From: a candidate division WOR-1 bacterium RIFCSPHIGHO2_01_FULL_53_15
Lineage (GTDB): Bacteria; Margulisbacteria; WOR-1; O2-12-FULL-45-9; XYB2-FULL-48-7
Length of the DNA stretch: 64,000 nt
NCBI GenBank assembly: GCA_001772335.1
Contig: METM01000029.1
Coordinates: 8,401-72,400 of the forward strand
Direction of reading: 5' to 3'
Position numbers and translations under genes: made by a program. Shown here piece after piece: positions 45,601 to 54,473 of this stretch; the first letter of the stretch is position 1; each line of letters begins with the position of its first letter. The notes below the pieces were generated by a model. It did not search any database, was not told the DNA's origin, and saw nothing but the letters and a program-made list of their open reading frames with translations.

Positions 45601-47004
45601 CTATTTCGGCGGCGCTATCTTCGGCAATTCCCCGTAAACCTTCTTGTAGATCTCGAGATACCGATCCTTGCCGCCGATCAGCATCATCGTCAGCGGCATG
45701 ACATCTTTGGCGACTTTCGTCATCTCGGCCGCGAGCTCCTGGATCTCCCACTGGGCGTGCGGGTCTTCGCGTAGTCTTGAGATATGGTAGAGCTCGCGCG
45801 CGTTCGTCGTCATCAGCACGCGCTTCCTGTGCGCTCCGGTCAGGACATATTCGGCCGCCCGCTGGTCGATCTTAGCTATTTCGCGGTAAACAGATTCCGT
45901 CTCTTTGCATATTCCCTTAAATCTTCCCTCATACCCCTTACCCCTTACCTTTTCCGGTATTACTATCCCCAACTCCGGTTCGTATAATTGTGAAGTTATC
46001 GTCGCGACCCGGTGGCGCTTCAACTGCCCGAAACAGCCGGACGACATGACGAGGTCGTAGGTCAGGTGGCTATGCTCGAATTCGCGCAGGGTCGAATCAT
46101 AGAACTCCATGTGCCGGCAGGCCGTCATGACCGCCCTCTCCCGTTCGTGTTTCTTCATATCCTTGGCGACGCGCAGGGAATTCTGGAACGAGATCTGCGA
46201 TGAAGTGTGGAGGAGCGAAGCGACGAGCTTGATATCCGCGTTCCTGGTGTAGTCGAGGAGCGTCGTTCTCCGGCTGACGCGCCGTTTGCGCTCCCATTTC
46301 CCCCGGAAGTAGGCCCGCAGTTCGGGATAGGTTTTCTGGTCAAAGTCATTGGCGGCGGTAAAAAGGATGATCGACGGCGCGATATTGGCCGCAAGCTCAT
46401 ACATCGTCTTGCCGATCTCTCTCACCTCGGCCAGCCCCGACGAAGCGAACCGCCGCACGAGCAGTTCCAGGTTGCGGGCGTTGATCGTCAGTCCGACCTG
46501 GCCTAATGTGCAAAGTGGAGTAATATATCTCGCATCTTCCGGCTCGATCCCCTTTCCGATCATCTCCGCGTAGAACTTGTTCTGCTTTTCAATTATCTCT
46601 CTGAATCTTACCTCATACCCCTTACCCCTTACCTCATCCGGTAAGATGTAACTCCCCTCAAGCTTCTGATACCTCTGCGACTTCTCCGTATAAGAACAGA
46701 GCCGGAACTTTTCTATCTCCTCTAACGCCAAACGCGAAACGTCGATCAGGTCGAAATTAAAAACGGCGTGTTCGGCCACCGAATGGTGGCCCATTTTGAA
46801 GATGATATTGGAATTCGACTTGCGGGCTTTCTCGACCTCGGCGCGGGCCGCCTGGCGCAGTTCGTCGATCGGTCGGGGATCGCGGGAGATGCGAGCATAG
46901 GAGGCAGAGAGGGTCTCGGGGGTCACGTCCTGGCGGTTTTGTCCGGCGGTCAATTCCGCGATGACATCCGCGTCGACGTTATAACCCGCGAGAAGAACCT
47001 TCAT
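45601..47004 (-). CDS. thyX: FAD-dependent thymidylate synthase, tandem two-domain form
   Basis: 467 aa, about twice the usual ThyX size. Domain 1 carries KFRLCSYTEKSQRY (near-complete RHRxxSxxxxSxRY). Domain 2 carries RHRVATITSQLY (a shortened, degenerate version). Confidence 0.85.
   Translation of the reverse strand: MKVLLAGYNVDADVIAELTAGQNRQDVTPETLSASYARISRDPRPIDELRQAARAEVEKARKSNSNIIFKMGHHSVAEHAVFNFDLIDVSRLALEEIEKFRLCSYTEKSQRYQKLEGSYILPDEVRGKGYEVRFREIIEKQNKFYAEMIGKGIEPEDARYITPLCTLGQVGLTINARNLELLVRRFASSGLAEVREIGKTMYELAANIAPSIILFTAANDFDQKTYPELRAYFRGKWERKRRVSRRTTLLDYTRNADIKLVASLLHTSSQISFQNSLRVAKDMKKHERERAVMTACRHMEFYDSTLREFEHSHLTYDLVMSSGCFGQLKRHRVATITSQLYEPELGIVIPEKVRGKGYEGRFKGICKETESVYREIAKIDQRAAEYVLTGAHRKRVLMTTNARELYHISRLREDPHAQWEIQELAAEMTKVAKDVMPLTMMLIGGKDRYLEIYKKVYGELPKIAPPK
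45927..45954. repeat. heptamer cassette, CCCCTTA family (thyX domain 2)
   Basis: CCTCATA CCCCTTA CCCCTTA CCTTTTC. It encodes KVRGKGYEG. Confidence 0.8.
46611..46638. repeat. heptamer cassette, CCCCTTA family (thyX domain 1)
   Basis: CCTCATA CCCCTTA CCCCTTA CCTCATC. It encodes EVRGKGYEV. 26 of 28 nt are identical to the copy at 45927. Confidence 0.8.
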
Positions 47005-47006
47005 CG

Positions 47007-47324
47007 CTACTTCGCGTATTTCGCGACGGATCTCTCGAATTCTGCCTCGGGCTTGAAACCGACCAGCCGCTCCGCTTCTTTGCCGCCCTTGAAGACGATG
47101 ATGCAGGGGATGCCGGTGACTGAGTACTGGGAGGCCTTTTCCATGTTTTCTTCGGTGTTGACCTTGCAGAACTTGACCTGCGGATATTTTTCGGACATCT
47201 TCTCAAAAACCGGCGCCATCATCCGGCAGGGGCCGCACCAGGTGGCCCAGAAGTCGACAAATACAACTTTTTTTTCGTCCTCAATCTCTTTCTTAAAATC
47301 CGCGTCGGTTATTTCATTTACCAT
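47007..47324 (-). CDS. trxA: thioredoxin
   Basis: 105 aa; WATWCGPC active site. Confidence 0.95.
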   Translation of the reverse strand: MVNEITDADFKKEIEDEKKVVFVDFWATWCGPCRMMAPVFEKMSEKYPQVKFCKVNTEENMEKASQYSVTGIPCIIVFKGGKEAERLVGFKPEAEFERSVAKYAK

Positions 47325-47356
47325 GACAGACCTCCTCGCTGATCCAACTAATGTTG

Positions 47357-47385
47357 ATATTATCTCAAAATGGGGGCATTTTCAA
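47357..47385 (-). promoter_or_regulatory. sigma70-like promoter for trxA-thyX
   Basis: The minus strand reads TTGAAA-17 nt-TAATAT, followed by GAGGAGG SD and the trxA ATG at 47324. Confidence 0.45.
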
Positions 47386-48350
47386 CCGGCACTTTCAATC
47401 TCCTCATAAACAATTAACTGCAGGTCTTTTATCAGGGTATTCCAATACTTGGGCGTCCCGGATTGCGGGAAGTTATTCTCAAAATCTGGTTCGGCGGACT
47501 GGACGGCCAGCCAGGCGGCATAGTGGATGAGGCGCATGCCGCGCAGAGCGGGAATTAATTTCAATCCCTGTCGGTCAAAGGGGCGAAAGGTTTCGTAACC
47601 ATCAATGAACCAGTCGAGCTCCCGCTCCGACTTCTCCACCGTATCCGGCAGTAACAGCCAGAGGTCCTGCGCCGGCGGGCTAAAACACATGTCGTCAAAA
47701 TCGACGACAAAATAACCCTCATTCGGACGAAAAATAATATTCCCCTTGTGGAAATCGCCGTGCAGGAGGATAAATTTATCTTCCTTAAACAGCGGATCGG
47801 CTTTCTGGATAAAGAGTTCGGTCGCTTTGGTTAATGATGCTTTAAAATCGGGCAGGATAAAATTTGAGCGCAGGATCAGCTCCAGATGCTGGCCGGTGGC
47901 GACCGCCGGGCGCCAGTACATCCGGGTCGAAGCGCCGTGCCTCCCGCCCACCAGATGGAGACGGCCGATCGTGCGGCCGAGGGTCTTCCAGCCCTCTTTG
48001 TCGAATTCGTCAACCGCTCTCCCCCCTTTTTTTGGGAAAAGCGCGTAACTGATGTTCTCAAAATCAAAAAGCGTCGCGCCCTCAATGGCAGTCGGCACGA
48101 TGACGGGAACCTCGCTTTCGTGAAGTTCGCTCAAAAAGCGATGCTCTTCGAGGATGATCGGCCTGGCCCAGCGGCCGGGGCGGTAAAACTTGACGATAAC
48201 CCGCTCACCCGAATCGTGTTTCTCCAATTCGTAAACCCGGTTGATGTAGCTGTTGCGCTTGAGGCAGATGTTGCTCAACTTGACCTCAACAGTTTTTTCG
48301 ACTGTCGTAAAAATATTTTCCGGCGTCAGTGATTTCCAGATGGTTTCCAT
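47382..48350 (-). CDS. srkA: SrkA/RdoA (YihE)-type stress-response Ser/Thr kinase (APH fold)
   Basis: NSYINRVYEL...VKFYRPGRWARPIILEEHRFL..., LHGDFHKGNII and VVDFDD motifs. Start at METIWK (48350) with GAGGA SD. The start at 48371 lies inside the palindromic element. Confidence 0.8.
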   Translation of the reverse strand: METIWKSLTPENIFTTVEKTVEVKLSNICLKRNSYINRVYELEKHDSGERVIVKFYRPGRWARPIILEEHRFLSELHESEVPVIVPTAIEGATLFDFENISYALFPKKGGRAVDEFDKEGWKTLGRTIGRLHLVGGRHGASTRMYWRPAVATGQHLELILRSNFILPDFKASLTKATELFIQKADPLFKEDKFILLHGDFHKGNIIFRPNEGYFVVDFDDMCFSPPAQDLWLLLPDTVEKSERELDWFIDGYETFRPFDRQGLKLIPALRGMRLIHYAAWLAVQSAEPDFENNFPQSGTPKYWNTLIKDLQLIVYEEIESAG

Positions 48351-48355
48351 TATAT

Positions 48356-48469
48356 CCTCATCCGCCGACACAAACCGGCCCCCTTCTCCCGAAGGGAGAA
48401 GGGAAATGCATTTTTGTTTTCCCCTCTCCCGGAGGGAGAGGGGGGAAGGTTTAACGCCAGCGGGTGAGG
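48356..48469. repeat. nested palindromic element, long form (copy C)
   Basis: Arms CCTCATCCGCCG / CAGCGGGTGAGG. Hairpins CCCTTCTCCC-gaa-GGGAGAAGGG and CCCCTCTCCC-gga-GGGAGAGGGG. Spacer motifs ACAAACCG and AGGTTTAA are shared with copy B. Confidence 0.8.
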
Positions 48470-48511
48470 GCTCATAGCGGATATTATATTCCTTTTCCCG
48501 GTAAACAGTAA

Positions 48512-48517
48512 TATAAT
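48512..48517 (+). promoter_or_regulatory. -10 box TATAAT 6 nt upstream of the ATG; candidate leaderless mRNA
   Basis: tataat-agaccc-ATG with no SD. Same geometry as at 23292-23306. Confidence 0.35.
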
Positions 48518-48523
48518 AGACCC

Positions 48524-48808
48524 ATGATCGAGAAAAAACACGTCGACGGCAAGAACAAGGGCGAAATATTAATATACGCCCTCTCCACCTGCGGCTGGTG
48601 CAGGAAGGCCAAAAATATCCTTAAACAGTTAGGGATCGCTTACGACTATATCGATGTCGACCTCTTGAGTGACGAGAAATCGACAAAGATCGAGAATGAA
48701 GAGGTTAAAAAATGGAACCCGGCCTGCACTTATCCAACGATTGTCATCAACAATCAACGGTCGATCAATAAATTCAACGAAGACAAGATCAGGGAACTTG
48801 GCCAATGA
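48524..48808 (+). CDS. glutaredoxin-like small thiol-disulfide protein
   Basis: 94 aa. [18 protein letters not shown] (CxxC in a glutaredoxin-fold context). 4-nt overlap with the downstream FTRc gene. Confidence 0.75.
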   Translation: MIEKKHVDGKNKGEILIYALSTCGWCRKAKNILKQLGIAYDYIDVDLLSDEKSTKIENEEVKKWNPACTYPTIVINNQRSINKFNEDKIRELGQ

Positions 48809-49311
48809 GCTTTGAGCCGACCCGGGCGCAGGTCAATGAACTCTATACCCGGTTAAAGAACGAAGCCGAGGGCTCGGGCTACCATCTCCACCCCGATGTG
48901 GAATTCACAAAATGGCTCGTGCGAGGCATTCTGATCAACGAAGCCCGCTACGGCTACTGGAACTGCCCCTGCCGTCGAGCCACCAATAATAAGCAGGCCG
49001 ACCTCGATATCATCTGCCCCTGCGACTACCGCGATCCTGATTTGAACGATTACGATGCTTGCTACTGCGCCCTGTATGTCTCGACAAAGATCTTAAAAGG
49101 AGAAAAAGAAGCTATGCCAATACCGGAAAGAAGGCCTGCGCCGGAACTAAGAGCGCAGAACGCGGAACACAGAGCACAGGAGGGAATTGGTAATTTAAAC
49201 TATCCTGTCTACCGCTGCCGCGTCTGCGGCTATCTCTGCGCCCGGAACGAACCGCCCGAGGTCTGCCCCATCTGCAAGGCCAAAAAAGAGCGGTTCAAAA
49301 GATTTATCTAA
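48805..49311 (+). CDS. ferredoxin:thioredoxin reductase catalytic-subunit domain fused to a C-terminal rubredoxin-like domain
   Basis: CPC-x16-CPC-x8-CYC arrangement (WNCPCRR...IICPCDY...DACYCALY) typical of FTRc. C-terminal YRCRVCGY...VCPICKAKK (Cx2C...Cx2C). Confidence 0.8.
   Translation: MSFEPTRAQVNELYTRLKNEAEGSGYHLHPDVEFTKWLVRGILINEARYGYWNCPCRRATNNKQADLDIICPCDYRDPDLNDYDACYCALYVSTKILKGEKEAMPIPERRPAPELRAQNAEHRAQEGIGNLNYPVYRCRVCGYLCARNEPPEVCPICKAKKERFKRFI
49147..49181. repeat. tandem heptamers (CGCAGAA type) forming the FTRc-rubredoxin linker
   Basis: CTAAGAG CGCAGAA CGCGGAA CACAGAG CACAGGA. It encodes [13 protein letters not shown]. Confidence 0.65.
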
Positions 49312-50750
49312 CCCTTCACAACCACCATCGGCCTTAACCGGACTACCTTTTTGGCCAGGCCAGAATTGTGAACGACGTCGACGACTTCGCGCACATCTTT
49401 GTAGGCCTCCGGCGCTTCTTCGACCAGGCCTTTGCGGCTGGCCGACCTGACCACGATCCCCTGTTTATCAAGATCAGCCATCAGCTCTTTGTAGTTGTAT
49501 TTCCGCAGGGCGGCCGAGCGGCTCAAGCGCCTCCCCGCCCCGTGGCAAACAGAACCCCATGTCTCATTCATCGCCAGTTCGGTCCCTACCATAATATAGG
49601 AATATCTCCCCATATCGCCAGGCACGAGGACCGGATCGCCCGGAAAAGCCCGCGTCGCCCCTTTGCGGTGTACGCATAGCAATTTTTCTATCTCGCTACC
49701 CCCTACCCCCTTAACCTTGTGTTTCTCCATCTTCGCTATGTTATGACAAACATCATAGATCAAGCTGATGCCAAGCTGCTGCGGCGTAGCGCCCATGGCT
49801 TTGGCAAATGATTCCCTCGTCCAGTGCATGATGAGCTGGCGATTGCACCAGGCGAAGTTGGCGGCGGCGCACATGGCCGAGAAATACTGCTTGCCTTCGG
49901 GCGAATTGACCGGCGCGCAGACGAGCTGGCGGTCTGGCAAGTAGATATTGTATTTGGCGACGGCCTTGTGCAGTATATTGATGTAATCGGAGCAGACCTG
50001 GTGGCCAAAGCCGCGCGAACCGGTGTGGACCATGATCGTCACCTGGTCTTTTTGCAGGCCGAAGGCATTAGCGGCCGCTTCATCATATATCTCTTCGACG
50101 AACTGGACTTCGAGAAAGTGATTGCCGGAGCCCAGTGTCCCGACCTGGTCTTTGCCCCGCTCCCTGGCGTGATGCGAAACCGCCGAGGGGTCGGCCCCCG
50201 CGAGCGCCCCGTTCGCTTCAGTGTGCTCTATGTCGTCATTGACCCCATAGCCGTTCTTGACCGCCCACTTCGCCCCTTCGGTCAGCACCTTGTCCATTTC
50301 TTTTTCGGAGAGCGAAATAACGCCGGTCGAGCCAACGCCGGAGGGGACCTCGCGTGCCAGCTCGTTGGCTATGTCATTAATTTTCTTCCGGACTTCATCT
50401 TTATGAAGGTTGGTGCGCAAAACGCGAACGCCGCAATTAATGTCGTAGCCGACACCGCCGGGCGAAATGACCCCACCCTGCTCCGGATCAAACGCCGCCA
50501 CACCGCCAATGGCAAAGCCGTAGCCGAGATGGATATCGGGCATGGCCAGGGAATAACCGACGATCCCCGGCAAGCAAGCGACATTGGCAACCTGGACATG
50601 GGCATTCTCTTTGTAGAGGAGCGGCAGCATCGCTTCGTCGGCGTAGAGGAGACCGTCGGTCCTCATTTCCGGCTTAAAACTGCGGGGGATCAGCCAGCGA
50701 TAATCGTCAACTTTTTGAAAAACCGTCTCCCAGCCGGGCATCAATGGCAC
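49308..50750 (-). CDS. rtcB: RNA-splicing ligase RtcB
   Basis: 480 aa. [43 protein letters not shown] and HRKGAT motifs. Confidence 0.9.
   Translation of the reverse strand: MPLMPGWETVFQKVDDYRWLIPRSFKPEMRTDGLLYADEAMLPLLYKENAHVQVANVACLPGIVGYSLAMPDIHLGYGFAIGGVAAFDPEQGGVISPGGVGYDINCGVRVLRTNLHKDEVRKKINDIANELAREVPSGVGSTGVISLSEKEMDKVLTEGAKWAVKNGYGVNDDIEHTEANGALAGADPSAVSHHARERGKDQVGTLGSGNHFLEVQFVEEIYDEAAANAFGLQKDQVTIMVHTGSRGFGHQVCSDYINILHKAVAKYNIYLPDRQLVCAPVNSPEGKQYFSAMCAAANFAWCNRQLIMHWTRESFAKAMGATPQQLGISLIYDVCHNIAKMEKHKVKGVGGSEIEKLLCVHRKGATRAFPGDPVLVPGDMGRYSYIMVGTELAMNETWGSVCHGAGRRLSRSAALRKYNYKELMADLDKQGIVVRSASRKGLVEEAPEAYKDVREVVDVVHNSGLAKKVVRLRPMVVVKG
49692..49712. repeat. heptamer cassette related to the CCCCTTA family (in rtcB)
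   Basis: CTCGCTA CCCCCTA CCCCCTT. It encodes KGVGGSE. Confidence 0.6.
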
Positions 50751-50761
50751 CTCCGAGGATA

Positions 50762-51490
50762 TTATATACCGAAATCAATGCCAAAACATTCGCTGAACCC
50801 CTTGGCCAGCGCTGTGCTGATCTCGCAAAAGCCAACTTCTCGGCCAAGAACTTCTTCAACGCTCACGGCGTTATGATCAGAATAGGGCTCTTTAAGGACA
50901 GGAAATATTTCTTCCGGCGGCCGGCGGACAAAAATCGATCCCTGCTGGAGCAGAGCCCGCCTGCCCCTCTTCTGCGCGCTGCCGACGATCTTCTTCCCGC
51001 TAACAACGATCTCATATTCTGCAGGGAAAGAGAAGCACAACGAGGTTCTTGATTTTTGATTTGGGCTTTTAGATTTGTTTTGAAGTTTGATGTTTGAGGT
51101 TTGAAGTTCTGCCGCAACCCCGATTCCCGCCAGTCCGGCGACAACTGCCTCCGATATCTTCTTATATGAAGGGACCAGCCCTTTGGGCAGTAACGGATTC
51201 CCAATCTCGGTCACGATCGAGTAAGTCACTTCCGCTTCGTTGTGAAAAACGATGCCGCCGCCGGTCGGCCTTTTCACGATATCCCAGCCTAAGGCCCTAG
51301 CCATTTTCCCATCTATCAATCTATCTTCATTCTGCGAATAACCGAGCGAGATGCAGTTGGGTTGCCAGGAATAAATGCGCAAAGTGGAAGGGATGGCGCC
51401 ACGTTCAAGGTCGTTGAAAAGCCCGAGATCGATTCCCATATTGGCCTGGCCGCGGAGGCAAGGGATTGTGATCAGCCGCCAGTTTTCCAC
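50762..51490 (-). CDS. lipoate-protein ligase / octanoyltransferase family protein (BPL_LplA_LipB domain)
   Basis: [28 protein letters not shown] and [11 protein letters not shown] motifs. GTG start at 51490 (VENWRLI) is suggested; ATG 51439 is possible. The longer ORF overlaps gcvPB. Confidence 0.7.
   Translation of the reverse strand: MENWRLITIPCLRGQANMGIDLGLFNDLERGAIPSTLRIYSWQPNCISLGYSQNEDRLIDGKMARALGWDIVKRPTGGGIVFHNEAEVTYSIVTEIGNPLLPKGLVPSYKKISEAVVAGLAGIGVAAELQTSNIKLQNKSKSPNQKSRTSLCFSFPAEYEIVVSGKKIVGSAQKRGRRALLQQGSIFVRRPPEEIFPVLKEPYSDHNAVSVEEVLGREVGFCEISTALAKGFSECFGIDFGI
51046..51108. repeat. 63-nt heptamer array, TGAAGTT family (in lipoate ligase-like gene)
   Basis: TTCTTGA TTTTTGA TTTGGGC TTTTAGA TTTGTTT TGAAGTT TGATGTT TGAGGTT TGAAGTT. 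It encodes [21 protein letters not shown]. Confidence 0.8.
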
Positions 51491-52884
51491 GATAGGACCG
51501 GTTCGCGCGCAGCTTTGGTTTCGTCCAATCTTCTGACAGGAGTATCGTGCGGAGCCGACTTCACCAGCTCCGGATCGGTCTCGCACTCTTTAGCGATCTT
51601 GATCATCGCCTCACAAAACGCGTCGAGCGTTTCCTGTGATTCACTCTCCGTCGGCTCGATCATCAGCGATTCCTCAACGATGAGGGGGAAGTAGATCGTC
51701 GGCGGGTGAAAACCATAGTCGATCAGGCGTTTGGCGATATCGAGCGCCTTGATACCGTATTTCTCCTTCTGCCATTTGGCCGAGATGACGAACTCATGCT
51801 GGCATTGCCTGTCATAAGGCAAATAATAATGTTCTTTGAGCTTGTTCATCATGTAATTGGCGTTCTCGACCGCTTTTTCCGATACTTTCTTCAGCCCCTC
51901 CGCCCCCAGCGAAAGAATATAGGCATAGGCCTTGATGATGACTCCAATGTTGCCGTGGAAGGAGTGGACTCTGCCTATGGACTTATCGTAATGCGTAACG
52001 CGTAACGCGTAATGCGAATTTTCTTTGACCACCCGGGGAATCGGCAAAAACGGCTCAAGTTTCTTGTTGACGCCGACCGGACCCGAGCCCGGGCCGCCGC
52101 CGCCGTGCGGTGTTGAAAAAGTTTTGTGGAGGTTAAAATGAGCGACATCAAAGCCGAGATCGGCCGGCCGACAGATGCCAAGGTTGGCATTGGCATTGGC
52201 GCCGTCATAATAGAGGAGGCCGCCAGATTTGTGGACGATCTCCGCGACCTCGAGAATATGCTCATCGAACAGCCCAAGCGTGTTCGGATTGGTCAGCATT
52301 AAACCGGCCGTGTCTTCTCCCACCGCTTTTTTCAGTTCATCAACATTGATATTGCCCCGGCCGTTCGACTTGATGACGACCGGCGTAAAGCCAACCATCG
52401 CAACCGACGCCGGATTTGTTCCATGCGATGAATCGGGGATCACTACCTTGACCCTTGCTGCTTGACCCATGTCCCTGTGATAAGCTTTCATCATCATCAG
52501 CGCCGTCAGCTCGCCGTGAGCTCCGGCCGCCGGCTGGAGCGTGAACGCGTCGAAACCGAAGATCGCGCACATGTATTTTTCAAAGTTATAAAGCAGTTCC
52601 AGTATCCCCTGGCTCTGCGCCGCAGCCTGCAAGGGGTGCGCGCCGGCAAAGCCGGGCAGGCGCGCGATATCCTCGTTGACCTTCGGGTTATATTTCATCG
52701 TGCAGGAGCCGAGCGGATAAAAATGTGTGTCGACCGAAAAATTCTTCTGCGAAAGCCGCGTAAAATGGCGGATAACATCAAGCTCGGTGCGCTCCGGCAA
52801 GCTCAACTCTTTTCTTAAGAGGTCCGGCGGTATCAATTCTTCAAGTTTTTCGACCGGTACGTCAAACTCTGGCAGAGAGACCAT
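51472..52884 (-). CDS. gcvPB: glycine dehydrogenase (decarboxylating) subunit 2
   Basis: 470 aa. [14 protein letters not shown] and [16 protein letters not shown] (PLP-Lys region). Confidence 0.9.
   Translation of the reverse strand: MVSLPEFDVPVEKLEELIPPDLLRKELSLPERTELDVIRHFTRLSQKNFSVDTHFYPLGSCTMKYNPKVNEDIARLPGFAGAHPLQAAAQSQGILELLYNFEKYMCAIFGFDAFTLQPAAGAHGELTALMMMKAYHRDMGQAARVKVVIPDSSHGTNPASVAMVGFTPVVIKSNGRGNINVDELKKAVGEDTAGLMLTNPNTLGLFDEHILEVAEIVHKSGGLLYYDGANANANLGICRPADLGFDVAHFNLHKTFSTPHGGGGPGSGPVGVNKKLEPFLPIPRVVKENSHYALRVTHYDKSIGRVHSFHGNIGVIIKAYAYILSLGAEGLKKVSEKAVENANYMMNKLKEHYYLPYDRQCQHEFVISAKWQKEKYGIKALDIAKRLIDYGFHPPTIYFPLIVEESLMIEPTESESQETLDAFCEAMIKIAKECETDPELVKSAPHDTPVRRLDETKAAREPVLSWKTGG
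51987..52014. repeat. tandem heptamers (CGTAACG type) inside gcvPB
   Basis: CGTAATG CGTAACG CGTAACG CGTAATG. It encodes HYALRVTHY. Confidence 0.75.
52448..52475. repeat. heptamer cassette, TTGACCC family (copy in gcvPB, different reading frame)
   Basis: TTGACCC TTGCTGC TTGACCC ATGTCCC. It is read as DMGQAARVK, shifted by one nt relative to the argS/trpE copies. Confidence 0.8.
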
Positions 52885-53987
52885 CAGATGATCGCTTTCT
52901 GCGTCTCGGGATCAAAGAAGTGGATCTTCCGCAGGTTAAAGACCAGCCCGAACTTACTGCCCGGTTGGGGATCGGCCATCGCACCTACCCGTCCGGTAAA
53001 TGCCGTCGACCCGGTCTTGACATAGACATAGGTTTCCGAGCCCATCAACTCGCGGAAATCGACTTTCGTCTCGATCAGGAATTTCTGGTCGATCCAGCCA
53101 GATGACGGCACATCCCAGATATCCTCAGGCCGGATGCCGAAAGTCACTTCTTTGCCGACATAGTTCTCGAGCAAATAGTCGACATCGGCCGGGACATCAA
53201 ATTTAAAACCTTCGCACTCGAAAGCATAGGCGCCGGCTTTTTTCCGCACGGTCCCTTTAAAAAAATTCATCGGCGGCGAGCCGATAAAGCCGGCGACGAA
53301 TCGGTTGGCGGGCTTGCCGTAAACGGCCATCGGCGCATCGACCTGCTGGAGCTCGCCGTTCAGTATGACCGCCACCCGCCCGCCCAGCGTCATCGCCTCG
53401 ATCTGGTCGTGCGTGACGTAGACGATCGTCGCCGCGAGCTGCGAGTGGATCCTCTGCAGCTGGGCCCGCATCTGGACGCGCAGTTTGGCGTCGAGGTTTG
53501 AGAGCGGCTCGTCCATCAAAAAGACCTGAGGGTTCCGGACGATCGCCCGGCCGAGCGCGACGCGCTGGCGCTGGCCGCCCGAAAGCTGTTTGGGCAGGCG
53601 ATCGAGCAGGTTCGAAAGGCCCAGGATCTCGCCCGCCTCATGGACGCGCGCGTCGATCTCTTTTTTCTTCATGCCGCGCAGTTTAAGGCCGAAGGCCATG
53701 TTGTCATAGACCTTCATGTGGGGATAAAGGGCGTAGGACTGGAAAACCATGGCGATGTTCCGGTCTTTGGGCGGCACGTCGTTGATGACGCGGTCACCGA
53801 TGAATATCTGGCCCTCGGAAACTTCCTCCAGCCCGGCGATCATGCGCAGGGTCGTGGTCTTGCCGCAGCCGGAGGGACCGACCAGGACGACGAATTCCTT
53901 GTCCTCGATCGTGAGATTAACGTTCTTGACCGCGACCACGTCATTGTAAAGTTTCGAAACGTTTTTTAAAAGAACCCTTGCCATCAA
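52884..53987 (-). CDS. sugar ABC transporter ATP-binding protein (MalK/UgpC/MsmX type)
   Basis: [32 protein letters not shown] and [11 protein letters not shown] motifs plus a C-terminal regulatory (TOBE-like) domain. Confidence 0.9.
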   Translation of the reverse strand: MMARVLLKNVSKLYNDVVAVKNVNLTIEDKEFVVLVGPSGCGKTTTLRMIAGLEEVSEGQIFIGDRVINDVPPKDRNIAMVFQSYALYPHMKVYDNMAFGLKLRGMKKKEIDARVHEAGEILGLSNLLDRLPKQLSGGQRQRVALGRAIVRNPQVFLMDEPLSNLDAKLRVQMRAQLQRIHSQLAATIVYVTHDQIEAMTLGGRVAVILNGELQQVDAPMAVYGKPANRFVAGFIGSPPMNFFKGTVRKKAGAYAFECEGFKFDVPADVDYLLENYVGKEVTFGIRPEDIWDVPSSGWIDQKFLIETKVDFRELMGSETYVYVKTGSTAFTGRVGAMADPQPGSKFGLVFNLRKIHFFDPETQKAII

Positions 53988-54014
53988 ACTTCTCCGATCT
54001 GCGCTAAGGCGTGA

Positions 54015-54473
54015 TTATATTTCTTTGGCCAGGTTGGCCAGCTCGATCGCCGACATCGCCGCGGCAAAACCTTTGTTGCCCGGTTTCGCGCCGGCGCGCT
54101 CCAGCGCTTGCTCAAGGTTGTCGGTGGTCAGAATGCCGAAGATAACGGGAATGCCCGTTTCGAGCGAAACCTTCGCTATCCCCTTGGCCGCCTCGCCCGC
54201 CACATACTCAAAGTGCCGCGTCGCCCCCCTGATCACAGCGCCCAGGCAGATGACGGCGTCATAATCCTTGGCGACCTTTTTGGCGACCAGCGGTATTTCG
54301 AACGAGCCCGGCGCCCAGACGACGTCGATATTCGTCTCCTTGGCGCCGTGGCGCTTCAGGCAGTCCTGCGCCCCGCCCAAAAGACCCTTGGAGACCAGCT
54401 CATTGAACCTCGAAACAATGATCGCGACCTTTAATTTGCTTGCGTCAAGACTTCCTTCGATTATTTTTCCCAT
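54015..54473 (-). CDS. ribH: 6,7-dimethyl-8-ribityllumazine synthase
   Basis: 152 aa. [30 protein letters not shown] and [14 protein letters not shown] motifs. Confidence 0.9.
   Translation of the reverse strand: MGKIIEGSLDASKLKVAIIVSRFNELVSKGLLGGAQDCLKRHGAKETNIDVVWAPGSFEIPLVAKKVAKDYDAVICLGAVIRGATRHFEYVAGEAAKGIAKVSLETGIPVIFGILTTDNLEQALERAGAKPGNKGFAAAMSAIELANLAKEI

Noticed and set aside
48253-48541. Small ORFs 48253-48477 (+) and 48350-48541 (-), and 24222-24461 (-), encoding PLSRRERGEG-like peptides.
   Set aside because: They are translations of the nested palindromic repeat, with the same low-complexity peptide on both strands. No SD is present and there is no coding context.
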